Source of the DNA: Phoronis australis
Taxonomy: Eukaryota > Animalia > Phoronida
Reading direction: 5' to 3'
Assembly (NCBI GenBank): GCA_002633005.1
Contig: NMRA01000330.1
Coordinates: forward strand, 434,001-498,000
Length of the DNA stretch: 64,000 bases
Of the stretch, positions 25,881 through 40,251 are shown in pieces. A model generated the notes under the pieces. That model was not told where the DNA came from. It did no database searches and saw only the letters and a list, made by a program, of their open reading frames with translations. A program made the translations under genes and the position numbers. Every line of letters starts with the position of its first letter. The first letter of the stretch is position 1.

Positions 25881-28800
25881 CCTCAACGGCCCATCGTTCT
25901 CTTTTTTATTGAAAACGTGCAGCAAATACGCCCAAAATGTGTACTTGTTTGTCGCCTCATTAGAAATTCAACAACGAAACAAACTGCACTTCGCCCTGTT
26001 TAGCTGGATAAAAAACAAAAATCTGATTAGGCATTCTGCACTACCAAAACCAGTAGCTTAGTATTCCTCACCGTCATAAGATTCTACTTCGATTACCAGC
26101 GCGAACATCGAAACTATCGGCGACTCAAGACAACGTTTCACAATTTATTGGGGTCGGCCAACCCTAAAATTTGCGGATTCGGAAATGGCGCATGTACGGA
26201 TTGCCTGTGACAGTTGCCAGCTCATTCAGCAATAATTCGGATGGCATCAGCGTGGTAATGTTTTTACACCCCCAAAGAGCTTCGGTTAAGAATATAACAT
26301 TGAAAGCTAAACAATGGCGAAATGCAAACTTCACACACATTCCTAAAATTGCTATAGGCGTTGTATCCGAGAACATCACAGTCACGATGAACCAAGAAAA
26401 AATATAACTTAATAGAGAAGGACGACGCATGTATCCATAGAATGAAATGCTAAGGTAGATGTAAGATCTCAACGCGTCTCGTGATGCGATTTTCAGCCTT
26501 TTTATCTTTAGCTCTAAATCCCACCCTACGTCTTCACCACGAAAGAGCATCAGCTGTCCTAGGCGTTTTCATACCAGTTTGTTTTTAAATACGGTAGCAA
26601 CGTTTCAACAATGCAAACTTCAAGTAAAAAATTCTCTGCTTGTGGGAAACTCTGTAATGAATTGTCAATGACGACAGGTTTTATTGCTGTATAAAAACCG
26701 TTTATCAAGGCAGTAATAGACAAATCAAACACTGAAAATTTATCGATCATGTATTTTCAAAAATCTGGCAGTGCTCTGCTTATTAATCCTAGTTATCATT
26801 TGTTTAAATATCACTTACATCCCTCGAGGTATCTTCATAAACGTGAGTAAACATGCTTTACTTGCTAAGCAATTTTACAAAAATCCAATATAAATGTACG
26901 CCGGTTTGCTGTCATTTTATGCCGTTGATATATACATGTAACTATATCTGGAAAGTAATGTGCAATAGCTTGTTGTTTGCATCTCGTATGGGAAAAAAAG
27001 TAGCGTTCCCTTCTACTCTCGTGAGACACTGTTCAATCAGTTCTGGGATATTGGGATATTACCGGTAAGTAAATTTATTACTAATTCATATTATGTTGGA
27101 TCTTATTGACAAGTCAAATATCTACAAAACTGCAGAATTTAACTCCCTGAAAGTATGCATTTTCTGGAAATAGGAAGCCGGTAAAGTTTTATTTTTGTCT
27201 TTATATCAATCTGCCGCGTGACCGTGTCTTTTTAGTAGAATTTAGAAAACAAGAAAGACACATTCTCAACAAAACCGCGGTATCAATCACGTGACCAAAT
27301 TGTGTTAGATACATATGCTGAAGACGAAATCTCAAAAATGCTGCTTCAATTTTTTAAAATTATCACGATTTCGTTTTGTGCAACTTTTCATCTTTTTTAT
27401 GAAGCCCTATTTTGATAGTCCGTCAATGCAAATATTTTAAAAAGCATTTTTTGTAGCGTTTTGTAAAACAGTACATGGAGCATAGTATCAGAAAATTTCC
27501 AATCAAGCAAATCTGAGATTGGTGGTCCGAAGTTAGTAAAACTTGGAGTCCTACATAACCCACCTATTTACGCTTTACTTGTTTTGTCATACAAATAATT
27601 ACACGCGGATATTCCGGTATTTTTGTTCAGGCTGGAAACCATCACACCCACCCGTTAAACTATAAAGCAATACTCTTTCGTAAACAGTTGTGCTTTCATT
27701 TTTCTAAGGCATGTCGTAACAAGCAATGTTTACCACACACGTCAAAATCTGCCTCACCTGTTTTGTGAGTACGTGATATTAATGACTAAAACATTTGTTA
27801 GACGTGTTGCTTGAAGCAGGTCGCCAAGACATTTGTTAAACGTGTGGCAACGCGACTCAATACAGTTAAAAGCGGTTATGCGTAGGAACAAGTACAATTT
27901 TCCCAGTTGTAATTAAAGATTCGGTATTGCGCCCAAGGTATATTATAATTAAATGGATTAAGAGATCGCTATTGATTTTGTATATTAAATATGCCTCCGA
28001 GTCGACGCGAATACCTGTTTTAATTGCTTTCGGGCGCGAAGCGCTGGTAGAAACAAAGCTCATTTACACAGAGGCTGAGACGTGTTCAACTTACGAAATT
28101 TGTGCAAGACCAGCGGTCGCACAGACAAATAAGCCCCATTTTATTATTAATAATACACGGTCAGAATTGATTTCATTTCCATTAGATCAGACATATATGA
28201 CATGAAATTCGGTATTTCGTTATAAGAGGAAAATAGAATATAATCCATTGCGTATGTGGAATAACTACAATGACAGTGATCACTGTGGCGACTAAAACCA
28301 GGAACAAGGTTAAGAGTTATAACTACGGAAAAGTTGAAACTCGGTTTAGCTGGTTTGAGCACATTTATGGCGTCATAATTGTTTCACTCAAATATCCGTG
28401 CTCTTTAATTTGCAACTGTTTACGCAACAACCATGCTAGACAACTTGCAATGAATAATTCGTCATCACCTCTGTTACTTTCACGTAGAAAACAACATTTT
28501 AATATATTTTGGGGTCGCGACAATCTACCTTGCGTGTACAACTGCCGTGCTCGTCAAAGGAGTGATGTAGTGAACAATCCCTTACAAGACTGTGAACTTA
28601 CTGTTTAAAAGGGTAATAAAATACGAACCTTCTGTCAAAACAACTTTTATTTAGGTCACTTGCTGTTAAAAAATCGGGTTCATCTTGTACGTGACTAAGA
28701 CTGGTAATTGTAGGCTTAAATGGAGCAGGTCAGTCCCATTGGATAACTTGGGACGGCGGATGTATCAAACAAAATCTGATCAAGCTATTGATACTGTTGC

Positions 28801-29105
28801 TATACTATCCATGTACCTTTCTTTTTGTTACATTTTACTTAAAAGACATGGTCACGTGACCCAGTTAATAACAGATTGGTAAAAAACAAAAAATAGGCTT
28901 TGTACTTTCAGAAAATCCTCTGAGTTCAAAATCGATGGTTTTTTAGTAAATACACACGCATGTCGATATGTTTCTACATAACCTTATTTTTGTGCAATAG
29001 CTATGTAGTTCCCTGTAGGCTTTTTCTTTTCTCATAAAGAGTATAAATAAATGGATTTGCTATGTAAATTCTTCACGTGTACATGTGCTCCTTTACATTT
29101 TCAGC

Positions 29106-32100
29106 ATGGAGACCCCACTTCGCATATGTGTATGGAGTGTAATGTTACTGGTGGTTACGTCATATTGTCTAGACAAGAAAATTTGCAAAAAAAATGAGGA
29201 GAACGAAGAACGACAGATCGCTGAACTTGAGGCGCTCATCAGGGAGTTGGAAGGAAAACGTACGGAATGAACAGATGCGTTTTAACATTGTTTTTTTAAT
29301 ATAACGTCTGAGTTGTAAAATCAAATTGAAATTGGTAAGGTTTCTAATGACAATATTTCTCGTTGTCAGTTTCTGAATTTTGCTCCATAAAGTAATGCGT
29401 AAATTTTAAGCGCCATTAAACCTTTGCTTTTGGTTAAGAAACAAGTTTTGATTTAGGTTACTTAGAATTGTGAAATTGGTTTCAACTTGTTCCTTAGTGA
29501 AATTAGAGGTGAGTGCAGGGCCTCCACAATACTGACAGTTCGTTATTGGTTGGAACCAAGTTCACAAAATTACAGGTCAGGGGTCCGTTCCAACAAAACT
29601 GACTTAGCTAAGACAAATCTTAAATTTTAGTAAATTTTAAAATAAAAGTTAAATTTGTCTCAAAACCAATTCAAGAAAGAGATATGAAGTTTGAATTAAC
29701 TGTGTGACGTAAGTTTTGTCTGAAATTTCACTAAGTAACAGAATGTGGAAGTTTCAAATTTTGGAATTTAAGACAAATCTTAAACTTAAGACAAAAATGA
29801 ACTTAAGTCAGTTTCTTGGAACAGGCCCCAGGGCAACCAATTTTGCCGAGTCTTCGAGACACCACTTCTAAACTAAGCAACGGACAAGATAAGACTGATT
29901 TTCTATCAGGGAGTCGCCTAAATCAAATCTTGTTATTGACAAGGAATTACTTATATAATGCTGCTTCAAATTGTAGAAGTTCTTATTTCAAAATCCGTTA
30001 TTTGGCCACATCACACAAAGAATAAAAATTAACTGTGTGAAGTTGCAAATACATACGGGTTTTGTTGTGAATAAGTAAGTGGTCATACGGAACTCGTATT
30101 TTATTGCTTCAAATAAGGTGTAGTACCAATATTCACTGAAGAGTAAAGTCAGAGGAAGGTAAAACGTAGCACAGCCGCATTTTTTTCAGTCCTTGTAAGA
30201 TCTAAAATCCCCACCACAAAGCATCTGCACTGCCGCTTCTGGAATATGTGCCCCCATGTTTTCAACTCAAAGTCACTACTTGTCACAAATTCGATTACCT
30301 GCAGTATTCAGCCATGCGGGTAAATTATGAGAGGCGCCACCTTCCGAGAGTTTTCGTATAACCATACGACGCGGTAGATGCTTGACGCTTCAGCTGTACA
30401 TAACGCCGCCTCTGATTCTTAGACTGGGATTAGATCGCGGTTCGCATACATTGTAGTATCTTTAACTTACCCTTCCCCTCTCATTTTAGTTAAAAACTTC
30501 ATAAAACGGAGTTCAACATAAGTTGACATTTAAGCCTAAATGATGATCATCCAAAACAACTCCTAAGACTTTTGAACATGAACTGAAATTTATATGATTT
30601 TTAATTTAATATATATTTTTGATGTCGCACCACTAAAAGAACAGCTGGCTCGTTTATTGCGGGTAATCATTCAACTACCGCCATATGTTTCCGCGGAAAC
30701 CGCTCCACTGTAAAAAATTAATGGTAAAATAAGGTGATACAAACAGAACTGAGCGTTACGTCATGTTTATATTTCAGTGGTATTTTTTCGAGGGACAAAA
30801 CCCATCCTGTGTTATAAATTAGTGTAGAGAAAAAAGTACCTAGCAGTAAATGTTGTAAATATTACAGTTCAACATCAAAACACAGACTCCATGCATCTAA
30901 TTGGCGAGGTGGACGACAACGCTGTTAAGTGGTTGAACGACTACAACGATGAAGGATCTAGGAGACTGAACAAAGTGGCCAACGCAGAGTGGAACTATGA
31001 AACTGACATTAATGAAGAAAACTCTAAAAAGGTATCGTTAACATTAAATTAAATCACTCCATCAATCACTCTTATAAATAAAACACCTCAGCTAAAGCCC
31101 TTAGGTAAAACGCCAATAGAGGGTCTAACTCTAACACTTGTTCGGCACCCAGTCTTACTGACCGACAGTCAAGTTGCTTCAGAGGGTTGCTTTATAGCTA
31201 GGGGTCTCGGATTTTGAGAACCATTTCGATGCCAGATTTTCAGTGAAGAAGACATGTTTTCTCAAAATGCAAGGCCCTGTGAGTTACTATATCCGCTTCC
31301 GCATTAAAAATAATGAGGAGACGAGATGTTCCAGTTTAAGGAATTCATTCGTTAAAATCAACGATTTTCAGTTCTTGTCAAGTTCACAAATCACTTATAA
31401 TTAACAATTTATAAACTTTATTAATTACTTTAAGTTGGTAACTAAATGAACCAAAGGCGAATAGGCGCATTGGGCTGCAATAACACTATCGGGTATCCAT
31501 GACAACCGTAATGGTGTGTTGTAGTTGGCGAACAATTTTCAAGTATTTTATCCTCTACACCAAATGTGTGCTCCAATTCATCAGCAAAACGATTATTAGC
31601 TTTTCGTTGTGTTGTGCAGGGCTTCTGTTAGAAAGTTCAGCCAGGCGGCACTAGGATGAGTCACATACGTCACGTGACTAGCTGCCATTTTGTAAAAGTG
31701 TCTCCTTGGCAACGTCAAGCTTTAGTGTATGGTGTGCGTCCTTTTCGTCTTATTGCATGATGCCTGGTAAAAGTAAATCGTTAGGGGAGATTTTTAAGTG
31801 ACTGACTTGATGGGCTTACTGCCTTTACTCGGAACTCTGTGCCAAACCGTTTCAGTACGCCCAGGAATCCATCAAGTACTCCGAATGGTCTCTGGAGCAG
31901 GCGAAAGCGGCTGAAGAATTCCTGAAGACTGGTCAAGTGGAAAATGAAGACACCAAACGACAGTTGAAAAAGATTTCTTTTGCCTCCGACCCGACGGACG
32001 AGAATAAATTAAAGTAATATATTTTTTAAATAATCATTAAATCCGAATTGATTTCCAGTTTTGAATAAAAAATTCTAAAAAGCGGATTAATTTACCTAAA

Positions 32101-35100
32101 CATCATTCAACAAAGAATGGACTCACCCGAGACAGCCCAAGAGTTGTTATCTCTGCGGCGAAGGATGTTAAAGTTGAGTCTCCGATGAGTTGCCAGCAGT
32201 CACTGGTACGGTGCGCGGCTTTAGACGCTCTGCGGCAGGGTTAAATATCTTTTATAGGCCTAAATATCCCCAATTCCCGTACCAGGATGAATTTCAAAAA
32301 TAACTTGACTTGGCTGCGTCAGATGTGATATGCGACGTTGATGTTGAAATTGCGCCATATTTTTTATGTTGATTTCCTTTGTTGGTTTATAATTCATATA
32401 TTGCAATGTAGGCATCCAAACAAACTTTTCTTAGAACGCTCAAGTCACTTGTTCTAAAAGGAGTCAATCGATAAAAAGTCACCATCCTAAAGTTTTAAAA
32501 AAGACACGTCAAATTTGACTTCCAAGTGTAAAATATGGTAACAATTATAGGTGTCATATTTCAAATTAGGCCCTAAGCAGTGGCTGTTTTTAGTAGTCTC
32601 CTTCGGGAATTTTTGAAGAGGCAATTCACTGAATCCGTGGCATTGCACACAATGTTCCGTATTCCAGAGAACTGACTGATATTGGCAACAAACTGAGCCA
32701 GATTTACGGTGAATCCAAGGCTTGTAACAAGACCAAATGCTACTCTGGGGAACCCGACTTGGAGAACGTGATGGCGACCAGCAGAGACTATTACGTATTG
32801 TTGTGGTCGTGGAAAGAATGGCGCGCAGCCACTGGACCAAAAATGAGGCCACTGTATGAGAAATTTGTAGACCTGCTAAACCTAGGGGCTCGGAATCACC
32901 GTAAGCACTTTGCATTGTTGTTTGATGATGTTACTTTCTAATTGTAATCGTTTTCATGCAATTTGCCCCAAAATACTATGGTTGGTTTTGACAGCAAACT
33001 TCTATTCCATAAATATTGTCAAGCGATTAACTCTGTTTCATCCCACAAGTTATTCATGAAGTTGTTTCGTAAAGAACGATCATTGTGTGCAACGCAACAC
33101 TTGTCATTGTTTAGACGTAGGCCTCCTTTGAATTTGTCGTGTCATTATAGGTTTCACCGATGTGAGTGAAGTCTGGTCCATGGAAAACTATGAGCAGACA
33201 AACAAAGACCTTTCCGATATGGCCGACCAACTTTGGGAAGAAGTAAAACCAATGTATGAACAGCTTCACGCTTACGTACGCCGGAAACTCAAAGCAAAAT
33301 ACCCGATGGCAAATATTCAAGATGGCGGTCCAATTCCGGCTCATCTATTAGGTAACTAAACAGAAACAGAAATCCTTTGTTTCTAAACATGGTGATGTCA
33401 TAAACGTCTAGTCACCGTGGAGGTTGTTCTGTTGGTGAATATGGGAGCTATACTCTTGACATTCCCGAATAACCTGTGTATTCTAAGTTTATAAATGCAG
33501 TAGAGTTACACAAGTTTAGGTCCTCTTCGGCTTAATTATCCAACTAATTTATTCCTGATATAAAACAGGTAATATTTGGGCGCAACAGTGGGATCACATA
33601 TATGACATAGTTATGCCTTATCCCGAGCTTCCCTCGGTGGACGTGACAAAGGATATGGTGAAGCAGAAGTACACGCCACTGAAAATGTTCCAGACTGCAG
33701 AGAACTTCTTTATCTCTATCGGACTTCCGCCCATGACGACCGAGTTCTGGGAAAGATCTATGATAAAGAAACCAATAAACAGAACAGTACAATGCCACGG
33801 CTCGGCGTCAGACTTCGCTAACGGAAGGGACTTCCGGTATGACTACGGCATACTTGCATTTCTGTTTTGAAGTACTCCTGAAAGTAACATGAAGTGCCTA
33901 AACAGCCCGAGTAACATTAAATTCTTCCAGGTAGCCTAAACCTATAGAGTTGCGTCGCTAATAGTAAGATTTTGTTAAAGGCTATTCCACTGAATACACT
34001 TGAAAAATAGCCGGAAAAATAAACCATAATTCGCTCTTTTGACTACTGATCGTAAGCAGAATTTACCACCAGAGTACTAGTTGGTATGGCCGGAAAACTT
34101 AATTATTTTGGCGTTTATTGTACCAGCGAGCGTTTTCTTACATTCCAGATATTCCTTTGTAAACAATTTGTTATTCACTATTTATGATTTTAGGATAAAA
34201 ATGTGTACTCGAATCACCATGGACGACCTCAAAACTGTACATCACGAGATGGGTCACGTGCAATATTACATGGCGTATAAAGACCAGCCACTAGCCTTTC
34301 GCGAGGGATTGAACGCGGCAGCTCACGAGGCGATTGGTGACACGATAGCTATGTCTGTTATGACACCGGAACACTTGACCAAGCTAAAGCTTCTGAAACA
34401 AGAAAAACTGAATGATACAGAAGAATATAGTATGTACATGTATTTAAACCTTTAAAATGTCCCCAATACATGTTCTTGTATGATCAATAGACAGAAAATG
34501 GGAAATGGAAAATACATGTGAAGTGAAGTAGCTTTCCGTCCGCCAAAGTACTGGAAGGACCATTATGATAATTAGAAGATATGTTATTAATGAGAAGACC
34601 GCGGTAGACCGAGCATGCCGGGTTAACTTCAAACCCTTTCAAAGCGCATGTACAAATCGTTTTTCCTTTCCTCCAAACAATAGACAGGGAGACAATGTCT
34701 ATAGGCACCCACACATTCAATTGTGGTTGCATAAATTGTCCTCATCCTGTTTGGGTGTCCACTCGATATCTCAAAAACCCTGCTCGGATCATGATGCAGT
34801 TTGGCACGGGGGTGTAGGACATTCATCTTTTCAATAAAAAAGCCTATTAAAGACTCGTTTATGTTTTATTGGGCGAATCAGTTAATCACATAGCGCCTTC
34901 CGAAAGCCAGAACACGATTAGTTTGAGTGGACAACAGTGTTCACTGTATTCAAACTTTCAAACGTGGTAATCGTAGCTCAGATCAAAATGGCTTGGATTT
35001 TAAAGTTTATTTCGTTTAAAAATCATCTTTAACAAAGGGCCGCGCACCATAGGGGGACTGGGGGCTATAGCCGCTCCCCAGTCACTTATTTCAGTGCTGC

Positions 35101-37730
35101 GCCGCCCATGTTGCCTTGTGAGTACGAATTATGGTCAAGCTTGATTGAGCGGCAATGCTGCGCTCTTATGAAATAAAACACAGCGTCGTGTTACAGTCAC
35201 GCGCCTTTACTACTGGGCGCGTGTCGGGTTTCCAGTGGTCACAGTCCCAAAAAGTAACGACCTATAGTTCTTTGCCAGATCAAAATTCTCATCCAAGTAA
35301 GGAACAAATTTATATTCTTCCCGGTTTATTGTGAGTCGTGATCAGGTCAATATAATTCACAAACATTTTAATTCTGGTCTGCACGCCCCCTGTTGGGCAC
35401 ATCTCGCCGGTTCAAGATTTGCATAATTTATATAATAGTTTAATGTGAATAAGTTTAATATTCCAGCGAGCCTGGTCTGTAGTTAAAAATACCGCAATCA
35501 TTTACGAAAGAATTGATGTATTCTTTCGGTCGCAGGGAAATTTGTGGAGTTTCACTAGAGGCATATTTCATTTCCCGACTTGATGTACACTATACTTTGG
35601 GTGCATGCAAAACCAAAGAATTCGAACGCGCTCATGTTGAAAAACTTCGATCACTTCCCGATCAACACTTATCAGTCTGTTTAAACTTCTTTTACAGAAA
35701 TGGACATCAACTTTTTGATGTCACAAGCGCTTTTCAAAATAGCATTCCTCCCGTTTGGTTTGCTCATAGACAAATGGCGTTGGGGCGTGTTTAAAGGCGA
35801 GATTGACAGCTCCAACTACAACAAAAAATGGTGGGAGCTCAGGTAACGTAGTACAGTAACCATGACACATGTACCTTGGATACTCTTACAAAAAATGCAG
35901 GGTCACCATTTCAAAGAACATGCCTATGACTTAAGAACGATCCGACCTACCGCCTTTGATAAAATGGCGCCCTGGTTCTTAAAAGCCCTGTCTGCATGGA
36001 CCGATCGTTCTTATGCGACAGTTGTACGACAATCGTATCACAGTCCTATAGGACAGTCATAAGGCAATCGTACATGACAGTCATACTGCATAGACAGCGC
36101 TCTTGTGACTTGCCACTATTCAGGACAACTCAATGCAACCTTTTGTTGATGATTGCCAGGATTGCTTGACAAAGCTGCTTTTAATAGAGGAACGTCTCAT
36201 TGAACGATTTGCTTGGTTGTGTTGCCGTGAAATTCATGGTTAGTCTTATTCTTAGAAATAATTGTCACTTTCATTACAGAAAGAAATATCAAGGCTTAAT
36301 CCCGCCCGTCGAACGGTCCGAAAACGATTTCGATCCTGGTTCGAAATACCACATTCCAACCAATACACCTTATATAAGGTACTGTGCTCATTTGGATTCA
36401 CGGAACAGAATACTTGTCATACTGGAATATTTGACCATGCAAACGTCCACCTGGAAATAGTCACCTGTGGAGATATACTTGTTTATTACTAACGGAAGCG
36501 AACCCAGAAACATTACAGTTAAATTCTATCAATTATTAAATGTGACTCCTGTTTTTAAAAACATTTTATTTTTCGCTTAAAAATCATGTCTTTATGGTCC
36601 TCAAGTGTGAGTACGGGTTATGGCCAAGTTTGAATCAGTGGCAATGTCACGCTCGAATTAAAACACAGCGTTGTGTTACAATGGCGTGCCTATTCGACCG
36701 GTCGTAGGTCTTTTGATATGGCAACAGGGTCCAGGTCTGCCTTTAGTGGACTAAGGCATTGGTTCAAACATAGTCACGGTTCGGAATGTTGCTTTACTCG
36801 TCCCATATGCTCCCTCTTCAACGTGTCCGTCATTGGATTTCAGGTATTTTATCAGTTACCTGGTGCAATTTCAAATGCAGTCTGCGCTATGTGAGGCGGC
36901 GAAAAACAAGCGACCTCTGCACCGCTGTGATATCTTCGAATCCAAAGAAGCAGGCGAACGTCTTGTGTAAGTAGACAGTAGGTGGATACAAAACAGTCGT
37001 TTGCTTGGAATTTGTATTTAAACATATACAACTGTACACGAACTCAGATTGTGTTCAAGTTGGCGTCCCATGTGTTAGCCCATATAATGCCAGTGTTTAT
37101 ATTGCACCTACGAACGAAAGGTTATTCAAAGAAACGTGCTGATGTGAATTGGAAAACGTCCACCTTGTCAGCTCCGCCTTGATCTAGGCTCTGGTGTTTT
37201 TCTACTCTTTCGTCCTCAATAAAATCGGGACGCATACCAACGAGAAAGGGTTTGCTTCACTAATGTGGAGAACAACTATTTTAATTTAGAAATTTTGATT
37301 CTGACGTGATAAATTATAGGCTCTGGAGTAATGAATTCTGATTTTGAGTTGGTTTTTTTTGGTCTTACAAAATGTTTGATTCTTGACTAGAAAAAATGTG
37401 TGCTAGATTGTTTACGTTTTGGCTCTCCATATACACGAGGCCTGTACCCACCTCGTCCCCGTTGAGTACTATGCACGTTAACCACTAGACGTCTCTCACT
37501 GCTGTATAACCAAATTGATTACACGACTCCATTTCAATTACAGAAACATGCTCAGGATGGGTTCTAGTCGACCATGGCCAGATGCGCTGAAGGTTCTCAC
37601 AGGACAACGTAAGATCGACACATCTAAAATAAAGGAGTACTTCCAGCCTCTATTGGATTGGCTTAAAACAGAAAATGGTGACGACACTGGATGGAGCCTA
37701 CCAAGGAAAACCACGAACAATGTTAACTAA
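29106..37730 (+). CDS. ACE: Angiotensin-converting enzyme-like peptidyl-dipeptidase (peptidase family M2), single catalytic domain, secreted, 11 coding exons, ~655 aa
   Basis: Exons 29106-29259, 30868-31031, 31856-32013, 32668-32900, 33151-33351, 33569-33836, 34194-34429, 35698-35842, 36280-36378, 36844-36966, 37544-37730 (1968 nt, phases consistent). Motifs: signal peptide, [38 protein letters not shown] zinc motif, downstream [42 protein letters not shown]. The exon 1 assignment is the least certain. Confidence 0.93.
29581..29828. mobile_element. PIF/Harbinger-type MITE in ACE intron 1
   Basis: TIRs gggtccgttccaacaaaactgactta / taagtcagtttcttggaacaggccc, flanked by a 3-bp CAG duplication (29578-80 and 29829-31). 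Internal taagacaaa repeats. Confidence 0.8.
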
Positions 37731-40251
37731 TACAGTTGCATATAGTTGTGGTGGCTGCAACCAGTACCTTGACACCTAACCCACCGAGCTGACCACTAAT
37801 TTAGAAATGCTGAAATACAAACCACAAACAATCCAAAAATGGTCATATACTGGAACTTGTAAACAAAACTGAAAATGTTTAACTCCAGCAAAGTTTATGT
37901 TTGTCACTTGACTTTCATCATGTCCTGAAAAATATACACAGCGTAGTCACACATTTTACCCCTGAACCAAGAATCATAGAAAAAATCGATAATATCCTGA
38001 GACATGTCTATAAGCAAATGACAACCACTTGCGCTGATTACGCCATCACGTGAACCTTAGGCCCATGTGCAAATACTTTAATGTGCAAAAATAATTATAT
38101 GAGAAAACTTTTTATTTCAAACGAAGCCTAGCACATACTCAGCGTGCATGAATGCACGCTTCAGCTTTAGATAGACGAGAGTCGAAGACGTGATATTCAC
38201 AAAATTATCTGAACTTTGTTAGTGTTATTGCGTCGTATTTTTCTTAAAATGCAACTCTTACTACCATGGCATCCATTTTGTGGCAAACATTATAACAATG
38301 GTGAGCAGATCGAGACTCATTGGTGAAAACACTACTACACGTTGTGTACTCAGTGAGCGAGAGTGTCGTCGGCCGTTGTACATGAGAATCTCAATCGTCT
38401 TGAGAAACCGAGATTTGCTGAGTTGACTCCGCTTCAACGTCCATCTGTTCGAGTATCTCCCAATATTTCTCCTCTCGAACCTGGTGCTTTTGAATAACTT
38501 CTTTCAAATGCTTTTCATTTTCATCTTCATCTGCAAATCCTTAAAATATTGAGAAATATTTAAGTCAAAAGTCAATGAACCGGGGCCGGAAACTACTAGA
38601 ATGCCGCGAGGGCGAGCCGGCAGCGGACAATCTTATCAAGCTATGGCGTGTATTGGCCAAGTTCATATATTCTTTTGAAAATGCAAGTACGTACACTCAT
38701 TTTTGCGCAATCGTAAGACATGCGGGCAATTTTGCACGCGCATAAAATCCAAACAAAGTGCTTAAGTATCCGGGCGTTGTTTTCTGTACAGGTACACCAC
38801 TCAGTGTATCTAATTACCGATGTATCGTTTATTTTTGCATATAAAAGTATAAAAATTACACCTGCGTCCGAAATTTTGGGAGTAATGAACCTTCGGACTA
38901 TTGAACTTTCGAAATACTGAACCTTCAGAATAGTCAGATGAACTTCTTAAATCTTGTTTCAGTGGTTAGTTAATGAACTCAATATTTCTTCACGCTTTGG
39001 CTGTTTTAATTTTTCTAGCAACCAAGGGGGGGGGGTGGCTGCCCCCCTAAATCCGCCTATGTGTAAGGAAGTGTAATCACAAAGGTTAAGAAAGTCTGAT
39101 TTGAATGTTTGGTGGGCGGTAACGCGAGAACGTTCTCTATCTTTGCCACATTTGCATCCGAATTTGAGCCCTGTTCTCAGCGAGCAATCGTCACGGCATC
39201 CTTATTTTCTGGTAATACGAATTCCGTACGTGTCATCTCAAGAACATTGAGTTGAGAGCAATTATTGCCAATACAGATTTCCCTTCCCCCTAATTAAGCT
39301 GCGTCAAGGGCAATACCTAAAACCCTACCGTGTCGACGTACATGTATGCAAAATATCAAAGGTTCACTGTTCTAGAAATTCAAACCACCCCGCCCTCGCA
39401 CAATGCTGGCTACAGGCCGGGCATGTTTTAACATGCTCAGTTTTAGCTTACGTGTATGCCTATCGCCCTCCATGAAATGACCGGCAGAGGACTAGAAGAA
39501 ACGGCCAGTTGTCCAAAAACTGCCCGAATACAGTATAAACGGTTCTGACTCAGATTGGGCTCTTACACTTAGAGCGCGGATCACTCCGAGCGATTTCTGT
39601 CCCGTTTTTGCAGTCTTATGGCATAGAAGTACGTGTACCTTTAACGCACTGACAAAAACTACATGGCAAATCATGAGGTGACAAGGGACAAGCTCACAAT
39701 CCTCCACATGGCTTGTAGCCAGGGGCAATATGAACACGGTAGGTGAGCACTTGCTCTTGCTCAGTCAACATTTCGTTCGTCAGTCCACCGGTTCCTTATC
39801 TCCATCGGCACGACCGACTCTACAGCTATCGATGAAATATTGTTCCACCTCCGAAGAAAACTTCACTGCTGTTGCACATGCAAACTTGAACGTTTGAACC
39901 GATAGGAGGACATTTCACGTTGTCGGAAATCATCACCCCACAAGCCATGAGGCCCGTCACAATCCCCGTGGCTGCGGGCCAGCATTGTTCTAACTTGCTG
40001 TGGAATATCCTTCAATGTTATTCTCGCAAGCAGTTTATCCCGCTGATTCCGGATTGAAAGGGATAAACTGTTCGCAACATATTTCACGCCTCACTGAAAA
40101 AGATATATTTATACACGCAATATGTTGTCCTCGTAATAGCACTTAAGGACACACCCGAATCACTAGCGTTCAAGCCATGATTTTCCCACATACTTTGGCG
40201 AAATTGAGGAGATGCTGGCTTGCAACTTTAGAAGTAGATTACGGTCATCTT

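Noticed and set aside
35986-36101. Possible small Harbinger-like MITE in ACE intron 8 (gccctgtct...agacagcgc)
   Set aside because: The TIR match is too short and no convincing TSD was found.
4951-37730. Zinc transporter adjacent to a zinc metallopeptidase, as a functional cluster
   Set aside because: They are ~17 kb apart in a eukaryote with no shared regulatory evidence, so adjacency alone is uninformative.
40091-40093. In-frame TGA at the start of a minus-strand exon-like ORF, considered as selenocysteine
   Set aside because: No redox motif context and no SECIS identified. Neighbouring segments also carry TAA/TAG stops and frameshifts, so decay is the simpler explanation.
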